Source: Arcobacteraceae bacterium (GTDB lineage: Bacteria > Campylobacterota > Campylobacteria > Campylobacterales > Arcobacteraceae). From it: 64,000 bases of DNA. Of this stretch, positions 43,860 through 54,059 are shown piece after piece; position 1 is the first letter of the stretch, and every line of letters starts with the position of its first letter. The notes beneath the pieces were generated by a model. It made no database searches and was not told the DNA's origin. It saw nothing but the letters and a program-made list of their open reading frames with translations. A program made the position numbers and the translations under genes. The DNA is taken from positions 64,001 through 128,000 of the forward strand of contig JBLWVX010000004.1 of the NCBI GenBank assembly GCA_048268245.1, in the 5' to 3' direction.

Positions 43860-45568
43860 AACTCTTCCCCTTTTATAATAGCATTCGCATCTTCTTTTGT
43901 AATAAGCCCTTCATGGTATTGAGCCATACAAGCTTTTTCAACCGTCATATATTCAGCAGCATCCTCAAAATTTCCACCTTCACCTAGTTTAAATCTTACA
44001 ACCTCAGCAATTGGAACCCTGTCTTTAAATCCTGTTTTATTACACTCATCACAACCAACATTTGTAAATCCACCTTCACCATCAGGCTCTTTACAATACT
44101 CACATAACTTTCTAACTAATCTTTGAGATACAATACCTCTTAAGTTATCAGTAATATCCCCTTCATTAATACCAAGTGAATTTATCATTCTTGACACAGT
44201 TGCTGGAGCTGAGTTTGTATGCATAGTAGAGAATACTAACTGTCCTAAGTTTGAAGCATTTACTAACTGGTATGCTGTTTCTGGTTCTCTTGTTTCACCA
44301 ATAAGAATAATATTTGAATCCTGTCTTAAAATATCTACAACAGCTTCAGGATAACCATACTTAAACTCTTCACTAGCACTTGCATACTCAGATAAGTCAA
44401 TTTGGAAGAAAGAGTCATCAACATACTCAACAGGATCTTCAATAGTTACAATATATTGTTGTTGACGTGCTAATTTTTGTAAAAGAGCATACATCAAGTG
44501 TGTTTTACCAGAACCAACCTGCCCCGTGATTAGAATCATACCATTTGCATATTTTGTAAGGTTATGTAAAATATCTACTGTTTCTTGAGGGTAATTAAGT
44601 CCTCTTAAATCATGAGATACAACACCTTTACCACCAATCATTCTCATTACTAGTGAAAAGTTCATTTTTGAGTTTATAAGACCTAATCTAAATTTTATAG
44701 ATTTTTTTCCATATTCATAGTTTATCATACCATTAATAGATTCATAATCTGAATCCTCTTGATCAGCCATAGTTACAAGTCTTCTTTTAAGTGTTTTTGC
44801 AAGAGTAATTGGCATAGTACCCATATCTTGTTTCACCCCATCAATTCTAAACCATAGTGAAGCCGCTCTAGTACTTTTTTGAATATGAATATCAGAAGCT
44901 CCTAATAAAATAGCTTGCCCCATCATCTTTTCAAAGTATTTATTAATCTCATTATCATCTTCTACATCATCTTGAGATGTAAATACAATCTCTCTATCTT
45001 CCCCAAAAACAGAAGATAAAACCCCTTCTCCTAAAATAACAATCTTTGTAAAATAAAACTTACTTAAAATATCAAAATCAAGATTTACAATATCCCTAAT
45101 TCCTAATACTTTATTTTTACTATTTTTATCTTCTAATGTAATAATATACATACTAGTACAAAGTTCTAATTTTTCTTCATTTAATAAATAAGAAGTATCT
45201 TGATATTTTACAGATAACTGTGAATATGAAGGATAATATTCATAACCTAAACTTTTTACAAACACAGAGTATTTTGACTCATCAGCAATTAAATCGCCAT
45301 AACCTCCAATAAGTTTATACTTAGTTTTGATCATATTCTCAATAACTTCTGCTAAGTTTTTATCATCTTTATTTTTTTGTTTAAAAGCATTATTTAGTTT
45401 ATTTTTTTGCTTTTCTAAAACTTTTTTTATATCAAATTTCTTTTTTTTCTGATCTTTTGGAAGTAAGCTCTCACTTATTTTTTGGTCTTTACTTAAAAAT
45501 AAAGGTAGATTCTTTCGTACACTACTTTTTATTGTTCGCTTCCAAGCTTTTTTTAGAATATCTTTCAT
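43847..45568 (-). CDS. PilB/GspE-family secretion ATPase
   Basis: ASDIHI, FRIDG, Walker A GQVGSGKT, TIEDPVE, LRQDSNIILIGETR, STMHTNSA, SQRLVRKLCEYC...CDEC. Confidence 0.93.
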   Translation of the reverse strand: MKDILKKAWKRTIKSSVRKNLPLFLSKDQKISESLLPKDQKKKKFDIKKVLEKQKNKLNNAFKQKNKDDKNLAEVIENMIKTKYKLIGGYGDLIADESKYSVFVKSLGYEYYPSYSQLSVKYQDTSYLLNEEKLELCTSMYIITLEDKNSKNKVLGIRDIVNLDFDILSKFYFTKIVILGEGVLSSVFGEDREIVFTSQDDVEDDNEINKYFEKMMGQAILLGASDIHIQKSTRAASLWFRIDGVKQDMGTMPITLAKTLKRRLVTMADQEDSDYESINGMINYEYGKKSIKFRLGLINSKMNFSLVMRMIGGKGVVSHDLRGLNYPQETVDILHNLTKYANGMILITGQVGSGKTHLMYALLQKLARQQQYIVTIEDPVEYVDDSFFQIDLSEYASASEEFKYGYPEAVVDILRQDSNIILIGETREPETAYQLVNASNLGQLVFSTMHTNSAPATVSRMINSLGINEGDITDNLRGIVSQRLVRKLCEYCKEPDGEGGFTNVGCDECNKTGFKDRVPIAEVVRFKLGEGGNFEDAAEYMTVEKACMAQYHEGLITKEDANAIIKGEELWFD

Positions 45569-45577
45569 TTTTGTCTC

Positions 45578-46594
45578 TTATTGATATAAAGTTTTAAATG
45601 TAAACGTACTAATTACAAGATTTATAATATCAGAACCAATTATAACTGTAATCAACATTGCAATTAACCAAAAGAAAAATTTCCATTGTAAAACTATATA
45701 GTTAATATTTTTTTCATACATAGTATCACTAGTCTGGTATAAAGCTTTTGTAACTTCTGAATAACTCGTTTGACTTAATTCTGATAGTTTAATATCCGCT
45801 GTAATAATTGGAGGATAATTGTACTTTTCAAAAACCGTATATAGTTTTTTATTTTTATGAATTACATCTGCTAACTCTTTAAAAAATGGTCTAAGCCCTA
45901 CTTTAAAATAATCCTTTGATAAAATTAGGGATGTCTTATGAAAAGAGATACCCGCACTTAACATACCATTTAAAATTCTAAACATAAATCTTCCATCTGA
46001 GAAAGCTTGTGTTTTAAAAACTCTATATAACCATGCTGGTCTATATTTCTCAGTATAAATATAACCAAAAAAAATAGCCGCTGTAATCAATATGGAAATT
46101 ACTAATCCTATATATGCAAACTCATAAGTAAAATAGTTTGGGATTCCTAAAAACTGTTCCACATCTGCATTTAATTTTTTTAATTGACTTAAGTCTTTTT
46201 GCAAAATATCCAAATAAAGTAACATCCCATAAAAAGTTCCTATGATAATAATCATTGGAAATAAAATAGGATTTATCATCTTTGATAAAAGGTTTGAATT
46301 TGCTTTTTCAAAGGATAATACTAATTTTAAACCATCTATAGAGTTTGTACTATTTACTACCAAACTATATTGAAAAGAGTTTAAAAACTTATTTTTATAT
46401 AGTATAGCTTCAATTTTGTGTTTACCCACTTCTAAATCCCTAATTGCAGCTTCTAATCTTTTTTTAAAATTTGTTTCTCTTGTTATTTGCTCTTTATATA
46501 AAACTAAAGCTTTTCTAGTATTTGAACCATTTTCAAGCTTTGTTACTAAATAGTCAAGCAAAAACTGCTCATAAGGATCTTTAAATAAACTCAT
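45578..46594 (-). CDS. PilC/GspF-like inner membrane platform protein
   Basis: Three TM segments and two cytoplasmic lobes (LENGS..., MLSAGIS...); lies between the secretin and ATPase. Confidence 0.7.
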   Translation of the reverse strand: MSLFKDPYEQFLLDYLVTKLENGSNTRKALVLYKEQITRETNFKKRLEAAIRDLEVGKHKIEAILYKNKFLNSFQYSLVVNSTNSIDGLKLVLSFEKANSNLLSKMINPILFPMIIIIGTFYGMLLYLDILQKDLSQLKKLNADVEQFLGIPNYFTYEFAYIGLVISILITAAIFFGYIYTEKYRPAWLYRVFKTQAFSDGRFMFRILNGMLSAGISFHKTSLILSKDYFKVGLRPFFKELADVIHKNKKLYTVFEKYNYPPIITADIKLSELSQTSYSEVTKALYQTSDTMYEKNINYIVLQWKFFFWLIAMLITVIIGSDIINLVISTFTFKTLYQ

Positions 46595-46596
46595 TA

Positions 46597-48255
46597 CTAA
46601 AAGCCTTTTATATCTCTTACTGTAACTACATAAACAATTTCTCTTCTTACATAAGATTTTGAATCAGTTCCACCAATAGCAAAACCTTCTAAAGGTAATA
46701 CTCCTTGATACTCTTTTGCATCATCATGAACAATAATTGAGCCTACAATAGCAGTTTCACCTAAAGCTATTTGTCTTGAGATATTATAACTTTGATCTTT
46801 ATATTGTGGAAGTTTTATATTAGTTCCCTCTACTGTAACATCTTCAAAATTAATCAGTTTTTTAATACTAGGACTTATATTTAAAAAGATTTTATCCCTT
46901 GATACTTTTGCCATAGCAGTAATTGAAGTACCATCTTTTAAAGTATTAATAGTAATATCAGTAGTTGTTGAGTTTGTATCTTCATCCTTAGTTGTTTCAA
47001 TTTTTTCTATATAGTCTGTATTTTGACTAATTGATTGAACTGAAGGAATATTGTTTTTTAAGACAATTACATTTTTACTATAGTTTAAAATTTTTCCAAT
47101 ATTATTGTTTGCTTTTGCTGTGATTTTTAAAAGTCTTGTTGCATTATTACTTTCAAAAGCTATTTCACCTTTATCTTTTATAGATTTTAAAATACCTGTA
47201 TCTGTATTTGTTTGTCTATCTGAACTAATAGTTCCTATTCCATACTCTCTTTCTTTATTTAATACAAGTTCAATTCTTTCAAATTCAATAGTTGTTTCTT
47301 TTGCAAAACTATCTTCATATGCTTTTACTATTGTTCTTACAGCATTTTCAACGCTTTTTGTAGATTTTAAAAATATTAACCCACTTGCTTTATCAATATG
47401 ATAAGTTGATACATCATCACTAGCAATGATATTTTTAAGCATACTATCTAACTCATCATATAAAACTATTTGTGAACTATTTTGTACTGTACTTTCTGCA
47501 CTTGTTTCTTGAGTTGCTGTTTGACTACTTGATTTTAAATCAAGTACAGGAATATTTAACTCAATTACTAAATCTTTATATCTTTTTATATAAATAGTTT
47601 CTTTATCATAATCAACATCAACATAAACATTCTTCGAATGTGCTATTGAGTTTAAAGCATCCATTAAATTTCTAGTTTTAACAGATATTATACTATCTTG
47701 AAAACCATTAATATCTTTTATATATGAACCAATTGATACCTCATATCCAGATTCTGAAGTAATTAGTTTTATTAACTCTTCAACAGATATTTCACCATCT
47801 AGTTTAAAAGACAATCTATTTATATTTTGTTTTTTAGATTCACTTTTACTTAAAAGTTTAACTAAATATATAGAGCCACTTTTTTTAATAAAAAGCTCTT
47901 TATCTAAAACAGCATTTAAATACTGATTTAATTCAGTCATATTATGAATTTTTATTCTACTTTTAGGGATTAAGGTATCACTACTTTTTAGAAAGTAAAA
48001 GTTTCCATCAATTAATTCTAACTCTTTTAAAACATCAGAAAGAGATTTGTCATTTAATACACTAATAAACTCTTTTTTAGCTCTTTTTTCATTTACAAGT
48101 GTTTTAGAATAAGACTCTTTTATATTTCCATAGCTTTTTTTATTTACACCTTTTTTTACATCACTCATCATATCATTATGAAAGTTTTTCATACCACAAG
48201 CTGTAAATACAAACGGTATAAATAATAAAATAGAATATTTAAGTACTTTAATCAT
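46597..48255 (-). CDS. Lipoprotein secretin (PilN/BfpB/MshL-like)
   Basis: Lipobox FTAC; IDKASGLI N3-like motif; NNIP...TDYI, IKLPQ, LGETAIVG, RREIVYVVT. Confidence 0.8.
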   Translation of the reverse strand: MIKVLKYSILLFIPFVFTACGMKNFHNDMMSDVKKGVNKKSYGNIKESYSKTLVNEKRAKKEFISVLNDKSLSDVLKELELIDGNFYFLKSSDTLIPKSRIKIHNMTELNQYLNAVLDKELFIKKSGSIYLVKLLSKSESKKQNINRLSFKLDGEISVEELIKLITSESGYEVSIGSYIKDINGFQDSIISVKTRNLMDALNSIAHSKNVYVDVDYDKETIYIKRYKDLVIELNIPVLDLKSSSQTATQETSAESTVQNSSQIVLYDELDSMLKNIIASDDVSTYHIDKASGLIFLKSTKSVENAVRTIVKAYEDSFAKETTIEFERIELVLNKEREYGIGTISSDRQTNTDTGILKSIKDKGEIAFESNNATRLLKITAKANNNIGKILNYSKNVIVLKNNIPSVQSISQNTDYIEKIETTKDEDTNSTTTDITINTLKDGTSITAMAKVSRDKIFLNISPSIKKLINFEDVTVEGTNIKLPQYKDQSYNISRQIALGETAIVGSIIVHDDAKEYQGVLPLEGFAIGGTDSKSYVRREIVYVVTVRDIKGF

Positions 48256-48263
48256 TTTTTTCC

Positions 48264-51134
48264 TTATTTAAAATAAAACTCATAGTCAAAACCACCTAGA
48301 TATGTAGGAAATTTTAAAAATGGTTTATTTACATTTTCAAACTCATCGTATGTCATACTACTATTTAATTCACTATTTTGTGTAATAAATAATTTATTGA
48401 TACTACTTATTTTACCAACATCATACAAAGAAGTACTTAAAAGAGGCAATGCTCTTCCTGAATTTCCCCAGCAATACATCTTCGATGCACTTCCTAAACC
48501 TGTCATAGCACAGACAAAATATCTTTGTGAGTCTTTTACTTCAATTTTTATGTTATCAATTCCAAAAGATTCATTTGAGACATCTTCTCCTAATAAAGCA
48601 CCAAACCCTAATCTTAAATTACCCCTTGAATTAAGTCTTGCTTCGAGTTCATAATAGTGTGCTTCATCTAAAGCACTAGATGAGCCTGAAACTGTTATAG
48701 CATAACCATGTCTAGCATCTTTATCTTCTCCAGAACCATCAACTTTATATGTATCTTGTATTACTTTATTATTGTTAACATATACAGTTAAAGCTTCTGT
48801 TATTCCTCCATCATCACTGTAATCACCTGCATCCCATGAATCTATTTCATACATTACAAAAGATATTTTAACATCTTTATTTGCATTATTACTACCAAAA
48901 TTATATGTTTTATAAACTTGTTGTGAACCATCAGAAGAAAAAGTGCTCCAACCTAAATATCTTCCTTTACCAAATCTTCCTAAAAATTTTGTAGCTTCAT
49001 TGCCATCATGTACTAAATTTGTGTTCCATCCACTTGCTCCATCTTCAAAATCTTCAAAAGATACAGCAGATATATTATTTGTTTTAAAGATGGATACATT
49101 TGAAAACTCACCCTCTTCATCTTCAGCTTTATTAAACTTATCAATCATACTTTTAAATAAGTCTCTATTAGTTTGTCGTCCACAATACTGATCTGCTTTA
49201 AATCTACATGTTAAAAGTTTATCATCCCTACTAGAACCTATGTTTTTAGCATAAATTTTTCTGTCTTCATCTACATATATATAGTTTCGCTCCATTACTC
49301 CAGTTGAATGATTTGGAATAAGCATAGTTGATACACTTAATGCACTTGTAGGTACATATGAAGTAGAAATGCTTTGAGTTGAAATACCATTTTCTATATT
49401 TTCAAATCTATAAAAGATCTTATTATCACTTCTTAAAATTAAAGTATCACTATTTACAAAAACACGACTTGGATCAAACCTTCTATCACTGTTATCTTTG
49501 GTAGGCTTTAAAAGTATTGTTCCATCAGACTTTTCTCCCCAAACCCAAAGTCTATTATCTTCATCTAATGCAGCAAAAGTTTTTGTATCTCTTAAGGCAT
49601 ACAAGTATTTAAATACTTGTCCACTTGTATTTACCTTTGTTGGAGTATTATTAATATATGTTTCATCACTATTATTGATTCCTAAAACACCTTTGTCATT
49701 TATGCCAAAAGTATATATATCTCCTGCTTGGGATAAAACTGCTATTGCATTATCAACCATAACTAAATCAATTAAATAAATTTCATTTTCATCATTATCT
49801 TTTTTATCACTTTTTCCAGTTGCAAAAAATCTATTTCTTTTAAGTATTGAAGTAGTTACTTCTTTAAGGTTTTGAGTTGTATCAATATCTTCAAAATGTA
49901 AAGAGTTAACTCTTCCATTACAGTATAAATCTCCTCCAAATTTTACGTAAGGTCCTAGTTCCATATCACTTTCTGATTCTACGTCAGTTCCTGATTGAAA
50001 ATAGTCAAATATAGGCGATATCCCACACACATTTTTACTGTTTAATGCCATTTTTTCAAACTTTACTCTATATGGATTGTTATACCATCTTTTATCTCTT
50101 CTAGTATATGATCTACCTGTATCATCCGTAATAGATACTTCGTTATCTATCTGAACTTTTAACATCACAGGGGTATTTATAAAATCAGGTGAAAAGTTTG
50201 GATTTAATTGACCATGTGTTTCAATACCTGCTTTTTTGTTGTGGTTACTTCCCCAGCAAAAAATGTCTCCATTTGCTAGCATACAACCACCATCATTTCT
50301 TAAAACTAAATCCTTAGCATTTGGAATATATGAAATAATTCTGTCTTCTACATCAGCTTCTTCATCTTGACTATTTAAAATACTTCCTGATTCAACAGGT
50401 ATCCAACTTGTACCACTTGTATCACCTTGATAGTAATATTCATACCAGTTATTATTTTTTTGACCAAAAACTCTATCTCCAACCTTAGCTTTTATATATT
50501 GTAAATCATCTAAATTTTCTAAAACTATTGGAGGTCTTTGATAAACTTCAATTGAAGTCTGGTCAGCTTTACAAAATTTATATATTAATTTTTCTCCTTT
50601 TAATTCATAATAATAATTTTGTTTGGGACAAGCTTTCGTATCTAAAGATATAAGTTCATTTTCATTTTTTAATTTAACTATCTCTTTTACTACTTTATTA
50701 TATTTTATCTGTGAGCCTTTTAGAAGCTCTACTTGTGTTGTGTCTTTTGGAGGGGCAGTATTAACTCTGAAAAGTGCTGATTGATAGAAGTTATATAAAA
50801 ACATATCTTTAGTATTATAATCATCTTCTTTTTCAATTGCTCCTAAAATAAAAAGGTTATTGTTAGCATCAAATCTTGTAACTAAAGTATTTAAAGTAAA
50901 ATCATTTTTATTATTAAAAGTATTTAAGTAATCTATATCATTTAAAAGAGTCCAATTTAAAGTACCAGTTGTTGTTTTGGGTATTTTTCCTGTTTGTTGT
51001 ATATATTTATTTACAGCAAGAGCAATAAACTCTTCTTTTTTTATAACTTTTTTTATTGCATTCATGTCAGTTTTATTTTCAAAACTTGAATAAAGTGATG
51101 TAATAAAAATCAATATAAAAAATAAAGCTTTCAT
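48264..51134 (-). CDS. Secreted protein: pilin/PilV-like N-domain, RCC1-like repeats and an inserted beta-sandwich (putative adhesin), 956 aa
   Basis: Signal peptide; KKEEFIALA; NGDIFCWGSN, GGDLYCNG, GDIYTFG, NRLWVWG, KMYCWGN. Confidence 0.65.
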   Translation of the reverse strand: MKALFFILIFITSLYSSFENKTDMNAIKKVIKKEEFIALAVNKYIQQTGKIPKTTTGTLNWTLLNDIDYLNTFNNKNDFTLNTLVTRFDANNNLFILGAIEKEDDYNTKDMFLYNFYQSALFRVNTAPPKDTTQVELLKGSQIKYNKVVKEIVKLKNENELISLDTKACPKQNYYYELKGEKLIYKFCKADQTSIEVYQRPPIVLENLDDLQYIKAKVGDRVFGQKNNNWYEYYYQGDTSGTSWIPVESGSILNSQDEEADVEDRIISYIPNAKDLVLRNDGGCMLANGDIFCWGSNHNKKAGIETHGQLNPNFSPDFINTPVMLKVQIDNEVSITDDTGRSYTRRDKRWYNNPYRVKFEKMALNSKNVCGISPIFDYFQSGTDVESESDMELGPYVKFGGDLYCNGRVNSLHFEDIDTTQNLKEVTTSILKRNRFFATGKSDKKDNDENEIYLIDLVMVDNAIAVLSQAGDIYTFGINDKGVLGINNSDETYINNTPTKVNTSGQVFKYLYALRDTKTFAALDEDNRLWVWGEKSDGTILLKPTKDNSDRRFDPSRVFVNSDTLILRSDNKIFYRFENIENGISTQSISTSYVPTSALSVSTMLIPNHSTGVMERNYIYVDEDRKIYAKNIGSSRDDKLLTCRFKADQYCGRQTNRDLFKSMIDKFNKAEDEEGEFSNVSIFKTNNISAVSFEDFEDGASGWNTNLVHDGNEATKFLGRFGKGRYLGWSTFSSDGSQQVYKTYNFGSNNANKDVKISFVMYEIDSWDAGDYSDDGGITEALTVYVNNNKVIQDTYKVDGSGEDKDARHGYAITVSGSSSALDEAHYYELEARLNSRGNLRLGFGALLGEDVSNESFGIDNIKIEVKDSQRYFVCAMTGLGSASKMYCWGNSGRALPLLSTSLYDVGKISSINKLFITQNSELNSSMTYDEFENVNKPFLKFPTYLGGFDYEFYFK

Positions 51135-51135
51135 T

Positions 51136-51840
51136 CTAGTCCACTTCTTTTATTTCATTATTAATAAGTTTTATATATTTAACAGAATTTTGTACGTAAA
51201 TATATCTTCCAACTGCTAAACTATTTAGTTTTGTATCAGATAGCATTGTTTTACTGCTTACTGTTACATTTCCTAAATTAAACTCTTCTTTATCATACTC
51301 TATCCAATCAGCAGAACTTGCACCTATCCATCTTAGAGTAGTGTCATTTTTATTACAATATGTATTAGTTTCACTTTCACAAGTTTTAGATATTGAGTTT
51401 CCACTATTTAAAAGATTAAAAATAGTTTTAGCTTTTTTATCTTGAAGTGAAATTGCTATATATGAATCAGCATAATCTGAAAGTTCTTTAACACTTGTCC
51501 TTTGTCTATATAAATCCCTTAGATATAAAGCTCTTAAGTAAGGTGCTATTTTTTCTTTTATAAGTGCATATTTCAAAGTATTATTTGTTTTAAATTCTAT
51601 GTCATCACCAAATTTGTTTTTTATATCAAAATTTTCACCTAAATATTTTGATGTCATTAAATCACTTATACTTGAGGGTATTGAAAATTCATTTAATAAA
51701 TAGTTTTCATACTCTAAAGCAATTTTTTCTTCATTTTTGATTAGATTTTGAACATATAAAACATTTTTTTGTTTTAAAATAGTTGGATTAGCACATAGAG
51801 TTGTCAATGTAAAAACAAATATAAAAATAGCTTTAATCAT
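51136..51840 (-). CDS. Secreted protein with pilin/PilV-like N-domain
   Basis: Signal ending LCA|N; KNEEKIALEY...PSSISDLMTSKYLGENF..KNKFG; Cys pair. Confidence 0.6.
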   Translation of the reverse strand: MIKAIFIFVFTLTTLCANPTILKQKNVLYVQNLIKNEEKIALEYENYLLNEFSIPSSISDLMTSKYLGENFDIKNKFGDDIEFKTNNTLKYALIKEKIAPYLRALYLRDLYRQRTSVKELSDYADSYIAISLQDKKAKTIFNLLNSGNSISKTCESETNTYCNKNDTTLRWIGASSADWIEYDKEEFNLGNVTVSSKTMLSDTKLNSLAVGRYIYVQNSVKYIKLINNEIKEVD

Positions 51841-52586
51841 TGTAATCTCCTGATATCATTATAAGTTTTTAAATATTTTTCATTTTTAAAATCAATAAGT
51901 TTTGTTCCAGGAACAAGATTCAAAAACTCTTCTGAGTCATGTAATGTTCTATCATCAGTTATTATAATAGGACCTGTTTTAAAGTTCTCCATATAAAAGA
52001 ACATCAGTAAGTTATCTAGTTTTATATCACCACCCGTTTCTAATTTATCTGTTGTGTTAAAAATATAAATATGATTATCTTTAATACAATATTTCACAGT
52101 TGTATCACTACAAATATTTATAGCTTTGTTTTGCATTTGCATTAAAGTATGCAGAGTTTTTGCAAAACTATCATTTAAACGTATAATAACCTTACCATCA
52201 TAAATAAAAGTATTTTCTCTATAGTTTGCACTTTTATATAAAGCAATGATTGAACTATCAATACTAGAATTTGTTGTAATCAATCTATCGTTGAAATTTA
52301 GTTTTCCTGTAGAATCTAAAACAAAATCTTTAAAAAAAAGTTCATCTCCTGAATTAAAACTGCTTTTGAAAGTTGTACCTAAGTATTCATTTGTTTTAAG
52401 CTGTGATATATTTGTAGGATATGATAACTCATTTATAATATATCTTTCATAGGCTCTTGCAATAGCTTCTTCTTGTTGGATAATCTTTTTTACTTTATCA
52501 ACTAAAATTTTTCTTTGTTCAAAAAAATCACTATTTGCTTGTAAAAAGTTTGTTATAAAAAATAAAACTAGTATATATTTCATCAT
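51837..52586 (-). CDS. Secreted protein with pilin/PilV-like N-domain
   Basis: Signal ending LQA|N; QQEEAIARAY...PTNISQLKTNEYLGTTF; Cys pair. Confidence 0.6.
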   Translation of the reverse strand: MMKYILVLFFITNFLQANSDFFEQRKILVDKVKKIIQQEEAIARAYERYIINELSYPTNISQLKTNEYLGTTFKSSFNSGDELFFKDFVLDSTGKLNFNDRLITTNSSIDSSIIALYKSANYRENTFIYDGKVIIRLNDSFAKTLHTLMQMQNKAINICSDTTVKYCIKDNHIYIFNTTDKLETGGDIKLDNLLMFFYMENFKTGPIIITDDRTLHDSEEFLNLVPGTKLIDFKNEKYLKTYNDIRRLQ

Positions 52587-53320
52587 AAAAAACTCTTTAA
52601 TTTGTTGTATAATTTTACATCTCTTGGACTTTGTGATTTTAAAAGTACTTCTAAAACTCTTTGTTTAAAATACTCTTCTTGTCTTTGCTTTAAAACATCA
52701 GTATCTAAAGGTAGAGTCTCACCATCTTTTGAAAAGTCTTGATACATAAGATTATATGGAATATTATCTTCAACTAATGTATCATAAGCTGTTTTAGTAA
52801 TAGTTTCTATATTATATAAAGAAGCATGTATAACTTTTTGCAAAGCTTTTTGTATAGCTTCATCTTTGTATGATAAGTTTTTTTCTTCTATTCCTACATC
52901 TAATATAAGATTTTTCTTACCTGAAATTTCAACTTCACTAACACTATTGTCATTGCCAGACTCTTTAAGTTTAGCTCTTAGAGCAAAAAGTTTTAGTTTA
53001 TCTTCTTCACTTATTTGTAAAGTACCATCTTCTTGAAGTAAAGCATCATTTTGTAAATCAGCACTTGAAGTTCTATCAAGTAAAAGTAACCATTCCCAGT
53101 TACCATTTTGAGGTAATAAAGCTATAATTTCATCCCTTGAAATATTTTGTGGGTCTATGGAGTACTTGTAAGCTAAGAGTGTTTTTATATCTCTTATAAT
53201 CTCATAGCTTTCTTGCATATGTTTTACATCTTGCAAGTCACTATAAGATCTATAAGCAACAGATGCAGAAAATATGGCTACTACTGCAATAGCCGAACTT
53301 AGCCATATATTTCTTAGCAT
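52583..53320 (-). CDS. Pilin-like protein with N-terminal hydrophobic helix
   Basis: MLRNIWLSSAIAVVAIFSASVAY followed by an amphipathic helix. Confidence 0.5.
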   Translation of the reverse strand: MLRNIWLSSAIAVVAIFSASVAYRSYSDLQDVKHMQESYEIIRDIKTLLAYKYSIDPQNISRDEIIALLPQNGNWEWLLLLDRTSSADLQNDALLQEDGTLQISEEDKLKLFALRAKLKESGNDNSVSEVEISGKKNLILDVGIEEKNLSYKDEAIQKALQKVIHASLYNIETITKTAYDTLVEDNIPYNLMYQDFSKDGETLPLDTDVLKQRQEEYFKQRVLEVLLKSQSPRDVKLYNKLKSFL

Positions 53321-53344
53321 GTTTTTTTCTTTCTGTAAAACAGA

Positions 53345-53995
53345 TTATGGTCTTACAACTTCATTAGCTAAAAGATCATTAAAATAAATTATAAACATCC
53401 CATCAGTATCATTCCCACCATCACCATTTTCTGTAGGTATTCTTGATGCAATTCCTAAAGCTGCCGCATCTAAAGCTCCAGCTGTTGCACTTGTTGCTTG
53501 TCTATCAAAAGTTGCAATACCTCTTAAATCAAATGCTATTTGAGTTTCCAAAAATCCTGCATTTGCAGCTAGCGTACCTTGAGATAAATCAACAAACAAT
53601 CCTGGAGAAGCTCCTGCAATATTATTAACTAATGTAATTTCCATAGAATTATCAGCTCCAAAAGATATTGCTTGATACGTATTATTTGTATCTGCTTGTA
53701 CTACATTTAAAGGATCTAGTTGCTCATTAACTTGCTCTGGAAAGTAGTCTCCTAATTCAATAATACCTTCTAATGTAGCTGCTGCAGTACCAGCTGTTAC
53801 ATCAGCACCACCTGGTACCCCAATTTGTCTTGTCGCTGCTGCTCTTTGAACACCATCTTTAATCATTCTTATTTCAGATATGGCACTTGTTTTTTGGGCC
53901 ATTCCTTCAATCTTGTCACCAGTTCCTCCAAATGTTTGGAACATATAAATCATAGCTCCAACTACTACTATTACCATTGCTATCAGTTGTGGCAT
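53345..53995 (-). CDS. Candidate major pilin, leaderless
   Basis: MPQLIAMVIVVVGAMIYMF, then long helix ISEIRMIKDGVQRA; Ala/Gly/Thr-rich; GAAAGGA RBS. Confidence 0.55.
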   Translation of the reverse strand: MPQLIAMVIVVVGAMIYMFQTFGGTGDKIEGMAQKTSAISEIRMIKDGVQRAAATRQIGVPGGADVTAGTAAATLEGIIELGDYFPEQVNEQLDPLNVVQADTNNTYQAISFGADNSMEITLVNNIAGASPGLFVDLSQGTLAANAGFLETQIAFDLRGIATFDRQATSATAGALDAAALGIASRIPTENGDGGNDTDGMFIIYFNDLLANEVVRP

Positions 53996-54059
53996 TTCAA
54001 TCCTTTCTGTTTATTAATTAAATTTGACATACTACCTACCTACCACCCGTTACTTAAAA

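Noticed and set aside
40415..52586. Shufflon or DGR diversifying the PilV-like adhesins
   Set aside because: No recombinase, reverse transcriptase, inverted cassettes or nucleotide-level repeats that I could see in or beside the locus.
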